A DNA stretch of 64,000 nucleotides from Thermodesulfobacteriota bacterium. Its GTDB lineage: Bacteria; Desulfobacterota_D; UBA1144; Nemesobacterales; JAJCZQ01. The notes beneath the pieces are model-generated. The model worked only from the letters and a program-made list of their open reading frames with translations. It had not been told where the DNA came from and ran no database searches. The stretch covers positions 1 through 64,000 of the forward strand of contig CBDBDR010000015.1 of NCBI GenBank assembly GCA_965203965.1, given 5' to 3'. This document shows, piece by piece, positions 28,364 through 40,622 of this stretch. A program made the translations under genes and the position numbers. Position 1 is the first letter of the stretch. The number at the start of each line of letters is the position of its first letter.

Positions 28364-31300
28364 ATGGGTGGGCTTTTTTCTAAAAACGAAGACCGTTCCA
28401 CGGTAAGCGTGTACATCCAAAATGTACCTATCATCAATCAATCATGTCTTTACAAATAGACTGACATGACTATGATGACTGAGACACAAGACAATGAACA
28501 ATGCTCGAGAGAGCCAGGTATTTAGCTGTTGCTAGATCTTAAGAACACGATATATGCATTTATTGTCTGTAGCTGAACAGCAGTCATCAACAGCTCCTCA
28601 GGATCCGAATCATCAGGCTCAGGATCCGAATCATCCAACTCCTCATCAGGCTCCATCTCCTCACCTGACACCAGATCCTCACCAGACACCAGACCCTCCA
28701 CCTATCAACTCCCCAGTTGGTGATAGAGATGTATCCACTGTGGCAAACTTTATTGATGAGGTTCGGCAGACATCTTCCTCATCAACGCAAAAAATACAAG
28801 AGTGAGCACTCATAGTTCTATTGTGCACTACTTCACGAGTATCCTCATGCATACTGTCCCTTGAACTGGTGACTGGACATGTTTTGATGTCATTCAGTTA
28901 CAAAAATTAATTAGTGATCCGAATATTACATGTATGTAGAGGCTCTTGTCCAAGGAGAGGGTTTCAAAAGCTGAACATATGTAGCTATTGCAATGTCAAG
29001 CATGTAAATGGATAGGATTCATAGTGTGTTATGATGATTCTATCTATACAGTTGCTTGTAGTAGGGACTTTTCTTAGGTGATTCATGAACTGCACATTTC
29101 CTGTGTCAAGAATTTGTCTAGTCTACTGTTTTAATTGTAATTTATTTTTTCTAGGCTGTGGATTACCATCCCTGCAGTGCTCCAAAAATTTCCTCAGCAC
29201 ATCGACGTGGTTGATATGTCAGCCAAAGCTTTCACTCTGAGTGGATTACTCATTCGGTCTGGTATCCCACCACCTCTAGTTCGTCCTCCTCAGTTGGTGT
29301 CGTCATTCATCTCAGTACTCTCTTCCTTTGATTGGAAAAACCACTTCTCAGAAGGAGCCTTGTTTATTGAAACAACCGGAAATATTTTTGTCTTTTTTGC
29401 AAGTGAATTCTTTTCTGATACAGTCTCTGATCTTGCCGCTGTTTATAAAAAGGCTCTAGACATAGACACTTATGACGGACTCTTACGACCAGCCATTGAA
29501 GTTGCTAGTGGATTTCCGGAGGTTTTTTCAGCAGCTATGTACAAAAATCTTGATGCACATGGAGTCCACAAGAAACTTAGAGAAACCTTGGTCTACTACG
29601 AAGAGATGACAGATGAAAATCTTGCAGATATTGTTTCACCACTGTTGCTTTTTGTCAAAGCTTGTCCCACCTCTGCACAAGAGTATATCAATGAAAACCA
29701 TCACATCACTCTTTTCTTTGCTGCTCAGAAGTTCCACTCATCGGCTAAATTCCAGATTCGTGTTTGGCAATTACAATTGCATATATGTAGAAGTGCTTCC
29801 CAATATTTTATTGATCTAAGTCCATCTATGGTAGTAGATGCTATTGCCACAGTTCTACAGGCTCAGGATCGTGCTACAATGGCTATTACTCCTGCTGCTC
29901 AATTTCTTGGCGTTTGTGGTAGTCTGCATAAATCAGAGATGATACCAGCCTGTGTTGACAAGAGAGAACTGCTTGATGTTTTATCGTCAATTCTTGACTC
30001 ATCTCGAGAGATAAGTAGTGATGTAGATAAGGATGAGCTAGAAATGGCATCTCATCTGGTTACATTGTTAAGCAGCAAAGTCCCGAATCAACCTACTATA
30101 GAACCACTTGTACAAAGTGGCATTTTGAACCATCTTAAGAATGTTGCTGCAAAGTGGCCCAATCAATTGGCTAGTACTGCTTGCGATACTCTTGGACGAG
30201 TTATACTCCATTTTCCACCAGATCCGACTCTTCTTTCTCCTAGTGAAGCTCAGCCAACTCCAGAACCTTTACTACAGATTCAACAGAAGTTTTTCGCTGA
30301 TGATTATCATTTGTTTTTGCAGACCTTGCTTAGTGACTGTCCTTCTCTCCCTGACGGTGTTAGAGCTGGCATTTATGGAGCCTTGCATGGTCTTTTGATC
30401 TTTTGCCCTAAAGATTTTGCCAAGAAATGCATAGATCAAGAGTTCCTTAAAGCTTTCTTTGATACTCTAGTGAAAGATTGTGCCAGGGCACCCATGCGAA
30501 TACATGCATTTGCTCCCTCTGCTCAATTAGTTCTTGTGAGAGTGGAACAATTTGGTGACAAAGACGATTGCCAGTTTCTGACTGACCAAGAGATTGCTGA
30601 AAAGCTCACGACTGTGCTTTCATTATGTTCTTACCAGGAAGCACTCACTAGCACGCTGAATGTGGTCGAGGGTCTTCTCAATTGCTACCGCAACACTGCC
30701 AAGGACACAATGCCTTTCGCCAAGTCTGGTCTCCCTACTGAGCTTGTTGCCTTAGCTTTTAAGCTTGGAAAGAAGGGCAGCCCTCATGAATCTGCGCAGC
30801 AGCCGAACGAAATCTTGGAATCGCTCCAAAAACTCCTGCTTGACCTCACAACTCAGAAAAATTCAAGTGAGGAATTGTTGTCACAGGGTTTTATGACGAA
30901 GATGTGTTTACTAGCTACTGGTACTCATGAAATGGTGATTACCTTTGCTGCCTTACATGTTGTGGGTAACCTTTGTTTACATTGCAATGAATTGCAAACG
31001 CAAATTCTTACTGATCGATTCCACATCAAGTTGCTAGACAATGTTAGCCATCCACAGTCTATACACGAGCAAATTCTCAAGGCAAGCTGTAGAGTACTCG
31101 GAATTTTGTCCAACGGCTATACCAACAAGAAGGAGATAATCGGTTGTGGAGTATTGGATGCTGTTCTTGACCTGCTAAATCAGTATGTGAAGAATGTGGA
31201 TGTTTGTTGGAGGACACTCAGTCTACTGGTGTCCATTGGCTTCATATCGGTCTGTAATCTTGAGGTGATCTTTACTGAAACAATAGTTAAAGAGGTGTAC

Positions 31301-32935
31301 AAGGTGTTCAAGACAAGCGATAATCCTAAGATAATATCCTACGCAGTTCTCATCTTCTTGATAATTGCAGATCTGGACAAACACATGATTCTTATGCGCA
31401 GCCTCTGCATTGCTGATGACGTTCAGAAAGTTAGCCAAGAAATGATTGAAGCTGACAGTGACCTAAAACGTTGGCATGGGTCATTTCTGGAAAAGTGCAA
31501 TCTATTTACTGTAGGTGCTAGCCAATCGGTGATGGAAAATAGTGAGGAAAGGCTGGTCGTGGAGGAAGTGAATAAGAGCGTTTCTTGGCCACTACGCACA
31601 ATCTCTGATTCTGTTTCCTCTCCACACTTGCTTCCTGAAGTTGAAGAACTACTTGTTCCTCAGCATCCTACTGGTCCTTCTCTCTCAGCAGCAGACAAGC
31701 TACGTCTTTCTGAGCTAGGTCTTTCACCTGATGAACCTCTTTTTCGAATTGGTAGACTGTGTGGCAACAATTTCAAAACCTGCAGTAACTGTGAAAGTAG
31801 CAATCAATCTCCAGAGCTTGTTTTTCGACCAGAAAGTCTTACACTTCACCAGTATCAGGTTCTTGTAGACAATGGCTGGTACCGCAGAGGAGGTGTGGAC
31901 ATGTTTCGAGTACGTTATGTTCACTCCCTGGATTGCAGTGACTGGGAGACGAGAGTTATCCTCTCTGAGTTCAACCATCGCTCCCGTAAAAGCTATCGAA
32001 AAGTGCTCAAGAAGGTGCCAGACAGTATGACCATTGAAACCATCCCTACCCAGTTCGTGAGAGAGTCGTTTGAGCTCTACAATGAATACAACATAAAGAA
32101 GCATGACAAGTCTGATATTTCTTCTTACTATTACCATGAGCATGCTGTCAATAGCCCAATCAGGAACGAAACCATTGACGGGATCGAGTATGGGACCCAT
32201 CACCAGTTGTATCGGCTGGACGGGAAGCTAGTTGCTGTTGGACTGATCGATATTGTCCCTAATGGAGTGGTGAGCCTGTACATGTGGTATTCTATGAGCA
32301 AGAAGATGCAGAAACTGTCTCTCGGAGTCTACTCTGCTCTAAAGGAGATCGAATTTGCACAGAAACTAAGCGAACGCAACCCCAACATCAAGTACTACTA
32401 CCTGCAAGGGTGGAATGGCAACAATCACAAGCTCAGTTACAAAGCTAACTACACTCCCGGTGACTTCTATAGTCCTTGTACTGTCACAGACTGGGTGTGT
32501 GGACTTGATGGAGTCAAGAAAGCTCAAGAAGAGGCTAGAGAGAAATGGAGACAAGCTCAAGAAAAGGACACAGCCACCGATCAGACAGATAGTGGTGAAA
32601 TCAAGGAGACATCTGTCAGTGTCGAACAGGCAAACAGTGTTTCGGGGCCAGAGAAAAATGCTGTCAAGAAGAATGTTGTCCCTGGCGATGCCTTGCCACT
32701 GGACAGAGTACGTCGTGAGCGTTTGACTGGTTCCAGCAGTGTTGACGTTGGGAGTGTGGTCATTTGTCTGAACCATCAGCGATACCTCCCCTTCCGTGAG
32801 TTAGTGGAGAAGTACCGGTTAGAGGATAAGCAAAGAGAACTACTGGAGACTCGTCTGGAGGAACTAGTACTAGCAGTGGGGCCAGAACTCAGCTCTAACA
32901 TGGTTATCGATATGAAAGCCTGCTCTTTATTATGA
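28364..32935 (+). CDS. ARM/HEAT-like helical protein fused to an ATE1-type arginyl-tRNA-protein transferase domain, with predicted N-myristoylation motif; 4 exons, roughly 1370 aa
   Basis: Exons 28364-28402 (MGGLFSKNEDRST), 28460-28517, ~28572-28801 and 29155-32935 join in frame. ATE_N-like CSNC...YQVLVDNGWYRRGG. ATE_C-like ESFELY..Y....H...YGTHHQLYRLDGKLVAVGLIDIVPNGVVSLYMWY...LSLGVYSALKEI...YYYL...KLSYK. Confidence 0.8.
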
Positions 32936-33102
32936 GTGTAACTCTGAAAGTAATTATTAATCTTCGTGGATATTTCACTATAATATTTTCTATTATCATT
33001 GTACATCTGGTTTATAGCCCAAAATAGCAGTAGACTATTATTATAGTCCAAAGAGTAGTTTTATTAAATTTTATTGAATGATGAAATTACTGGCAGTATT
33101 AA

Positions 33103-33695
33103 TTACTTTGGTTGTTCTGATTTACGTTGTGACTTAATAAACTCGTAGTAATCAACGTAGCCATCATCATTTAGATCATCCGTCTTCAGCATCTGTTTAA
33201 TCAGATCAGCTAGTTCTGCATCGCCGATATCTATCTGGCGCTGCTTTTTACCAGTATCCCCTGATTCGTGAAAATGTGTCATAGCAGCTCCTGTAAGAGA
33301 AGAGAGTAGATACATGTACATAACTCGCAGTACACCGAAGACAAAGCATAGATGATTTACACAAAAAGGCAAGACATCGAGGTATTTTGCTTACCCAGTT
33401 CTAGACCATCGAGTCTGTTGTTGTTATCGTAATCATGGAGTTTGAAGTAATGGAATTCAAACGATTCATCGTTGTCGAAATTGAATTCCTGGTCAGGCAT
33501 CATTTCACGTAAATCTTCCATCAGATGGCTACAATGTTAGAGAGTTGGAAGTGAATTAACAAGGAACAAGTGCTTGTCTCACTCTTTGTTATGCACGTGT
33601 CCAGGTTCATGAAGAGAATTAGAGGAAGAAACCTTGATAATGTACAGGAAAACTAACGATATTATTGGTAGCACTCTTCTTGCTGACCACGCCAT
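33103..33695 (-). CDS. MCFD2: Multiple coagulation factor deficiency 2-like EF-hand ER cargo receptor, 3 exons
   Basis: Signal peptide MAWSARRVLPIISLVFLYII, FHYFKLHDYDNNNRLDGLEL, second EF-hand DDLNDDGYVDYYEFIKSQ. Confidence 0.9.
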
Positions 33696-33882
33696 TGTTG
33701 GCTCTGTTACGTTGCTGCGCTGCTAGTCTTTGTCCTAGGCCTAGGAAGTTTATCACTTACTTTACGTGATTACAGATAATTAGAAAATAAGTTACCGTAT
33801 AAAACACGTGGTGGTACTTTTAAAATCTTTGCCAAAGGCAGGTGTGATTGGTGATTGCTTGCTGCTGAAGTGCGTGCAGCTC

Positions 33883-34407
33883 ATGAGTGAAATGTGTAGT
33901 CCCGTTAATACCGCTCAGGTAAGAGTGAAATGATTTATCGTGTTGTATTGAGATAATTTTTGGCAGGATCATGTTTCTGTGGGCGGGGCAGAAATGGATA
34001 TAGTCTGTTCTCAGTTTGGTAAAACTGTGTTCGTTCTCATTACCGACATGAATAAGATGGGTACATTGGTGAGTGCTAGCACTGTTTTAGCTATTGGTCA
34101 CGTTATTGCACAGATGGCTGTTGACAGGGAGACCGAGGGACCACAATCACAACCAATATTCTCAGTTCGGACTTTGCTAGGTCATGATAAGGTGTGTGTG
34201 TGTGTGTGCTCAGTCTAACATCTCACAGCACTGTCCTACTGTCCCATGCAGCCTGACATACACGTGTTTGGTCGTGCTGTTGGTGAATGTGTCCTCTCTT
34301 CGTCCCCTTCATCACTTCTGCTTGGTTTAGGAGTACGTCACCCTAACCCTTCCTCTATCCCTCATCTCCTTCCAACCATCAAACAACTAGTCAGCACTGT
34401 TCAATAA
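33883..34407 (+). CDS. PSMG3: Proteasome assembly chaperone 3, 4 exons
   Basis: Spliced product ...DIVCSQFGKTVFVLITDMNKMGTL...FSVRTLLGHDKPDIHVFGR...LLLGLGV, a PAC3 pattern. Stop at 34405-34407. Confidence 0.8.
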
Positions 34408-34557
34408 CCTCAACCAACGGATATTATCTCATAAAAATCTATAATTCTGTTGTTTGTTTTTATGTTGAAAATGATAAATTTATGTTTACATGATGCATTT
34501 ATTAATTTTGGTAAATTATTAATAGCGACTTTTCATTGTTTTTATTTGCATCTATTT

Positions 34558-37500
34558 TCAGTACTGGTCCATTCCTGGTTGGTTGACGTGTGCCAGTACC
34601 TCATCATACACACTGCTCATCTGGTCCTGGTAGGAAGGAGTGAGGTGAGCAGGGAGATGAGAGAGGATCTTCATAGCAAGGCTGCACCATCTCTCAGCTT
34701 GTCTGTGCTGAGTAGTACTGGGGAAAGCATGAAGAAGATCCTGTATTATGAGTAGGAATGAAGGCTACCTGTACAGGTGTATACCGGTGTTCCATACTTT
34801 AACCAACAACCACACTAGCTCCATCTCCGGAAACTAAGAGAAGCACGATATTATACACTGAAACATAATCCAAATACCTTAGTGCCGTTCTCAATTACTC
34901 TCAGGGCTTCGCTGAGCACAGTCCATGCCTCTTCAGTACTGGCCATGTCAGTAGCAGTCTCTCCTGCGATGTGCACCATTATTAGGCTGTGGTAGCAATG
35001 CCTAGGCAGTGACAAAGCAGCACCTTATAGCTCACAGCTTGCCTTATTATACTTACGCTAATCGATCACCATCAGGAGAAGTGACATGTGAGTGCAGCTC
35101 AATAGCTTTGTGGAGTGCTGCCTGGGCTAGTCTCTTGTGATTGATACTGCTACTAGTAGTGCTGTGACTGGCAGCTTGTAACACCAATGCTGGGAGAAAC
35201 AGAGACTAAAGATATATGTCTATGATGAGACTAAACATACAGACAATAGTGTGATTGAATTTCACTACAACTTCTCACCAGCAATAGTCTCATATATTTT
35301 AGGCTCCACATTGTCTATTTGGCTGACTCTTTCCATAACACGACCAGCTTCAATGGAATGAAGAGAGAGCTGTGCCTCTAGCTCGTAGAGAATAAGCAAG
35401 GGAAGAGAAGGGTCAGATGAAAAGGATGGAAGCAGTTGACAAAGATCCCGACATTTGTTGACGTGTGATAGAACTTGCTCCATGAGGTCACACTGAGAGA
35501 GAATTAATAGTGATAAAGACAGCCTTCATACCTTTTCCTGTTCACTGGTACGAGCAGCCTGTAGACAAGCAGCTGCTGACATCAACTGACATGTCTTTTG
35601 CCGAGAAATGTTTGTGTGGTCATTGGGTAAGATGGAACATAACTAAAACGAGTAAAGATATCAGAAGATAATAGTGAAGACCAATAGCTCACTTTGTAGC
35701 AAGCCTGAAAGGCACGTCTCATTTCATTGAAGTTATTTCCTGATTGTAGAGCGGCGTTCCAGGACACTTTCATGAACCATACACTCTCAGCCACCTTCTC
35801 TTCTTCCTTCAGCTCAGATAGGTACTGTTCTGCCTCCTCTACACAACCAAGCACTCTCTGAAGTGTGGAGCTAAGGCAGAAGGAGAAGAAAAGTTGATGA
35901 TGAAAAGTTACGAGTGATCAATAGCTCACAGTTGGTCTTCAGTGGATGCATCGTTCAGTTCAGTCAGCTTCAATCGTATTAGACACCTGAAGATCACGAG
36001 AGAGTGAGCTAAGAAATTTAATCAGCTACTCACCTTAGAGATGTGAGTGCCTGTTGATTATTCACAGAATTTTTTGATATATGTTGCAATGCTTCTACAG
36101 CTAGTTCTTTATTGTTGCGCTGTTTGTGAATGGCACTGGATAACTTACTGTAGGTGATGCATGCCTAACCTCAAAAGCTAGTTGTGCAGCAAGAGAGAGC
36201 AATCCAGGAAGATCATCAACACACTGGTCACCAGTAACCATTGCCTGGAGTGCTCGGATAGCTGATAATAGCATGTACCAGTGAGAAGGAATTGAATGAT
36301 AAAGAGAAACTTACCATTATCCCTTTCTCCCAATAACACAGCAACCTTGAAGGACAAGAAGTGAGTGTGTGGAGAGTCTGATTCCTGTTGTAGAGCTGAC
36401 TGAACTGCTTCAGTAGCCTGAAGGGCACATCATGATGATCATCATGACTATACTACTACTACTGTCACCTTCTCATACTGTTTCAAAGCAATGTAGCACG
36501 CACAGCGATTTCTCTACAAGAGTAGCAGAGTGAAGTAGAATGTAGTAGGCAAATACAGTATCTAACCTGTAGCTTGGCAACATTTTTGTCTCCAGAGCTG
36601 TGTTCTGGGAACAATGCTAGAGAATAACTGTACCACTGGAGAGCATCAGACCAGTCGGACAACTGGATGATAAGAGACGAAATTGTAAATGCAGATATCG
36701 TAATTTTGCTACTTGTTTTTAATTCACGATTATTATTTCTGAAAATCACAAAATGAATATTGAAAAGTGGCGAGTTAATGTGGTATATGAGTTGAGTGAT
36801 ACTATGGTTGGTGTTTTGATAAATGAATGAATGACAGGCTAATGCTGTTTCTTAGTTGCCTTCCCAGGGTCAGTTGATCCTTTGCTTTTTCTTGAACGCT
36901 TGACACCACCAGCACGGCAAGGCAGGCAGTAAGGGCTGTCCTTTGTCTCGATACCACCGATCCTGACTGAGATCGTCACTTTAGGAGGGCACGGTGGGTT
37001 GATTATGAAACTAGCAGACCACAACAATTGATCGCGTGTCTGGCGTATAGTCACAGGACAAATTCGACCAAAAGATAAAGATGCTTTCACATCAATACCA
37101 AAGTCAACGTTCGGATCAACTGCTTCAGCAACATGCTTGAGAGATACCAGGAAATCATTGCTACCTAACTGAGCGAAACGAGGCATTGTAATGATCACAT
37201 TGTCAACTAGAGAAGTGTCCACAGCCTTACTTCTCAGAGGGTTGAAATTGGACAATACCGTAGACCACTGAGATTTTCTCACAAGAGATTTGTCAGATGG
37301 TAGTGTGGCGAGCATCTCAAACTGTTCTGTGACCAGCTTGCTAGTTGTGGCAAGGTCAGTGCTGCTGGCTGAGGAAAGAAGCTGTTGAGAAAATGCGAGT
37401 GCACTTGCAATGCGGGTGCGCGAGAGTATGAACTCTTCTTTTTGAGCTGACAGCTGCTTTGTATGTGAAGAGCTAACAATAGTCATGTCTAAGGCAAGAG

Positions 37501-40420
37501 ATGTTTTGTGATGGCGCAGTTGTGTATTCTGTGCTTCTAGAGCTGCAATGCGTGATTGATTTGCAGAAATGCACTTATCAAAAAATCGACGAGCTTCACG
37601 ATTGTAAAAAGCTAACTTCTCCTGCTCTGCTCGGCTTTCTTTATTGATATGCTTCAGGACGGCCTGGAGTTCGGTATCCTTCCTTGTTATGCTGGTTGAT
37701 AGATTTTCCACCTTTTCCATTAGTTCACTTGTGACATCCTTTACGAAGGCATAGTCATGCTGCTTGTGAGTGACAATAGTGCAGTCTCGACAGATGGCCT
37801 CCTGGCAGGTCCTGCAGTACAGCTTCAGTTCCTCTCCATCATGTTCTGTGCAGTAGTGTTTCTGGCTCAGCTGTGTAATCCCTCCACTCTTGATTTCTGA
37901 TATTGAAACGGTATTGTGGTTCTTTGTGGATCGCTGTTTCTGATGAAGAGTGGTACAGTCCTTACACAAGTAGAAGTTACAGTCAAGACACTTGCTAGCA
38001 GCAGGGTTGTCGTCGGTCTCATTTTCACATTTGTTGGGCACGCCCAGTGCAGGATCAGAGAGTGACGAGAATTCCACTACATTAGCGACAGTGAAGTTGG
38101 TAGAGAATCCACTCACGCCAGTTGAAGGAAGATTGTGTTTGGCACCACATGTTGGACATCGAAGGACGGCGCCTGATCTTGATAACCCCTCTAAGCACTC
38201 TTCACAGAACGTATGAAAGCAGGGAAGTATCTTTGGCGCCTTTGCTCGCTTGAATAGCTCCATACAGATTGTACATGCATTCGGGCAAGCGCCAGGAGTC
38301 TTGCATCTTTGATACCTCCTTTGGTAGGGACTGTCATGCTCGACGGCGTCGAAGTTTATCACAATCGGAGAAGTAGACTGCCGTGAGGACGCCATTTCAG
38401 TAGCACAGCTGCTGGCAACGAACCACGTGGCGACCCGCGGCCGCCTTTAGAGAGGGCGTGAACGATTTTTTACGCGCGCAAATTAAATTTTGTACTGTAG
38501 AAAAGTACTTACCTCAAATGCTTTTGCTGCTTGTTCCCACAGTATGTAGTGCAGCTGGTTGATTGCTGCATTACCAGTACTGAAATTATCGCCACGAACA
38601 TGAGCTGAAAAGAAATGTATCAATGAAATTACAAACGAAAAACTAACAAGTGATGCACTCTTCCACTAAGCCTTTAGCATCAACAGTAGCTCCTTTCTCA
38701 AGCAACAAACCCTAAGGACAAGAATGCTACACATGACACCTCTTTCATTCTCTCACCAGGTGGAGAAGGTGTATGCTAAGCAAATCAGGTGAGTGCTTGT
38801 ACTTTTGTTTCAGCAGAGTAATGCCAGCCACAGCAAGGTCATGCCTGGGAGTGATAATAGCTACACATGTACTGGGAACAATGGAATACATGCCTGTTAT
38901 ACTGAGAGGCAATCCTAATAGCAACGGAAGCCATCTCTACACTAATATCAGGATGAGTTAGAGTATCATCAAGTGCTGTGTGAAGGAGATTGACATACGA
39001 TACTCTCTCTGTCCCACACGCACTCACTTGATGCTAGCCGTTCACTGTCAGGCATGTACTGCAAGAGCATTCGTATCTTTAACAATAAACCAGACGGATG
39101 AGAGTGCTCTGAGTTGGCTAAACCTATCAGAATCATTAACTAAAGTAATCATCAGAATATGCTCCAACACTGACCAACAGCATTGAGAGCTCGCTGCCAC
39201 TTTGTTGCTCCATCCCACTCGAGAAGAGAATTAGCAAGAAGTCGAAGAGTGCGTGCCTGGTCACTATGTTTCACCACCAAGCACTAAATCAGAAAGCTAA
39301 GTTTACCTGTTTTACTGCTCCAACATTCTGTGTTGTTTGACCAATATCATAGCTCTCCCTAAAACAAAGAGTGATCACTTGATTGCTGACAGCATCATTC
39401 TCTCACTTGAGCCAGTTGACAGCATGCTCATATTTTCCACGCTGGAACAAATCTAGACCACAGTTATAGCACAGCATGGCAAGGTAGCTAGCCTGCTGTG
39501 ATAAGCATTGAATAAAAAAATGTGGTAAGAAAATTTGAGTACTTCTTTGTTCAGTTCAGAGAGAAGTTGTCGTGCCTCTTGAGCAGCTAGTAGTCCTTCC
39601 TCTGCCTGGTTGAGTGCTATATACTGCAGAGAGACATTGGTGAGATTTAGAGAGAAGCTGTTGATTACCGCTTCAGCTTTACAGCACAGTATTCTAAACA
39701 ACAGCTTCACACAGTCTTGTTGTTGACTTATTGATGGATGGTCCTTACTGAGTTTCATCCAGCACTGAAGAATACAGAGAAGAGGTATATTTATGAGCTG
39801 GAATAACTAGTACCTGGTGAGCCAGGCTGAGAGTTGTTTCAGCCATAACAGCATTTTCAGCATCTATATTAAAATAAAGTTAGAACATACAGGAACACGC
39901 TGACTGAATTACCTAACCAAGCTCTACTTGTTTTAATAGCCATCTGAAAATGAGAATAGCAGGTGAATAACAGTCAATCGACTAACTGTAATTTGCTTCT
40001 TAAGTCCTTGTTGTGAGGATTGCGAAGGAGTGAAAAGAAGGACAACACTGCAGGCCACTTGACGCACTACACACACATTATAATGATTGTATAATACCAG
40101 GATTTTCACATACACTTTGCATTGAGACTGAGTGAGAGTGTGTTTGCTGATTTGAGAGTGACCACTTTGTTCCAGAGACTCACGCCACAGCCATGCAACT
40201 GTGTGGCAGAAGAAGAGCTACATATAGCAGAGGGCGAGGAGTGAAGGTGCTGTATAGCTTTGTCAGCAAGCAGTGACATTTCTTCATCTTCACAACTACT
40301 GGACAATTCACCTAGCAGACCTAAAGAAATGATACTCCTCTTACAATACTGCTAGCTACTTGTCTGACCTTGTAAACTAGTAGTGAACCGAGCAGCAGCT
40401 TCTGTAGCCTCCAGCTCCAT
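34558..40420 (-). CDS. TEX11: TEX11/ZIP4/SPO22 meiotic TPR protein, many short exons
   Basis: LHGCGVSLWNK, LHYILWEQAAKAFE|LSDWSDALQWYSYSL...KLQRNRCACY, WFMKVSWNAALQ, FPEMELVWLLVKVWNTGI, AERWCSLAMKIL; all match recalled TEX11 motifs. Confidence 0.85.
36839..38395 (-). CDS. Intronless TRIM E3 ligase (RING, B-box1, B-box2, coiled coil, filamin-like C-terminus; TRIM45/56-like) nested in a TEX11 intron
   Basis: RING CTICMELF...PKILPCFHTFCEEC...CPTC. B-boxes CLDCNFYLCKDC...H and CTEH...LYCRTCQEAICRDC...H. Filamin-like end VRIGGIETKDSPY. Confidence 0.9.
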   Translation of the reverse strand: MASSRQSTSPIVINFDAVEHDSPYQRRYQRCKTPGACPNACTICMELFKRAKAPKILPCFHTFCEECLEGLSRSGAVLRCPTCGAKHNLPSTGVSGFSTNFTVANVVEFSSLSDPALGVPNKCENETDDNPAASKCLDCNFYLCKDCTTLHQKQRSTKNHNTVSISEIKSGGITQLSQKHYCTEHDGEELKLYCRTCQEAICRDCTIVTHKQHDYAFVKDVTSELMEKVENLSTSITRKDTELQAVLKHINKESRAEQEKLAFYNREARRFFDKCISANQSRIAALEAQNTQLRHHKTSLALDMTIVSSSHTKQLSAQKEEFILSRTRIASALAFSQQLLSSASSTDLATTSKLVTEQFEMLATLPSDKSLVRKSQWSTVLSNFNPLRSKAVDTSLVDNVIITMPRFAQLGSNDFLVSLKHVAEAVDPNVDFGIDVKASLSFGRICPVTIRQTRDQLLWSASFIINPPCPPKVTISVRIGGIETKDSPYCLPCRAGGVKRSRKSKGSTDPGKATKKQH

Positions 40421-40622
40421 AGTACTGTCCTCGACTGTCTCAGACTCCCAGGCACACGCGCTGCAGCTGGCACGATTTTCGCGCGCGCGGGCCGAGCACA
40501 CGTGGAATTATGTCTCTGATGTCAGTATACACTGTACAATAATAATTTTAATTTCAAGTAACATGATACAACTTCTTGTTAGATTGTATGATAAAAATAA
40601 ATGACACACTGCCACACATTAT

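Noticed and set aside
28598..28700. QDPNH and TPDP short coding tandem repeats
   Set aside because: Ordinary low-complexity linker slippage in the ARM-ATE1 gene.
38396..38512. Possible TEX11-TRIM in-frame fusion by alternative acceptor
   Set aside because: The TEX11 donor is phase 0; the AG sites before the TRIM ATG are out of phase, and an in-frame TAA lies further upstream.
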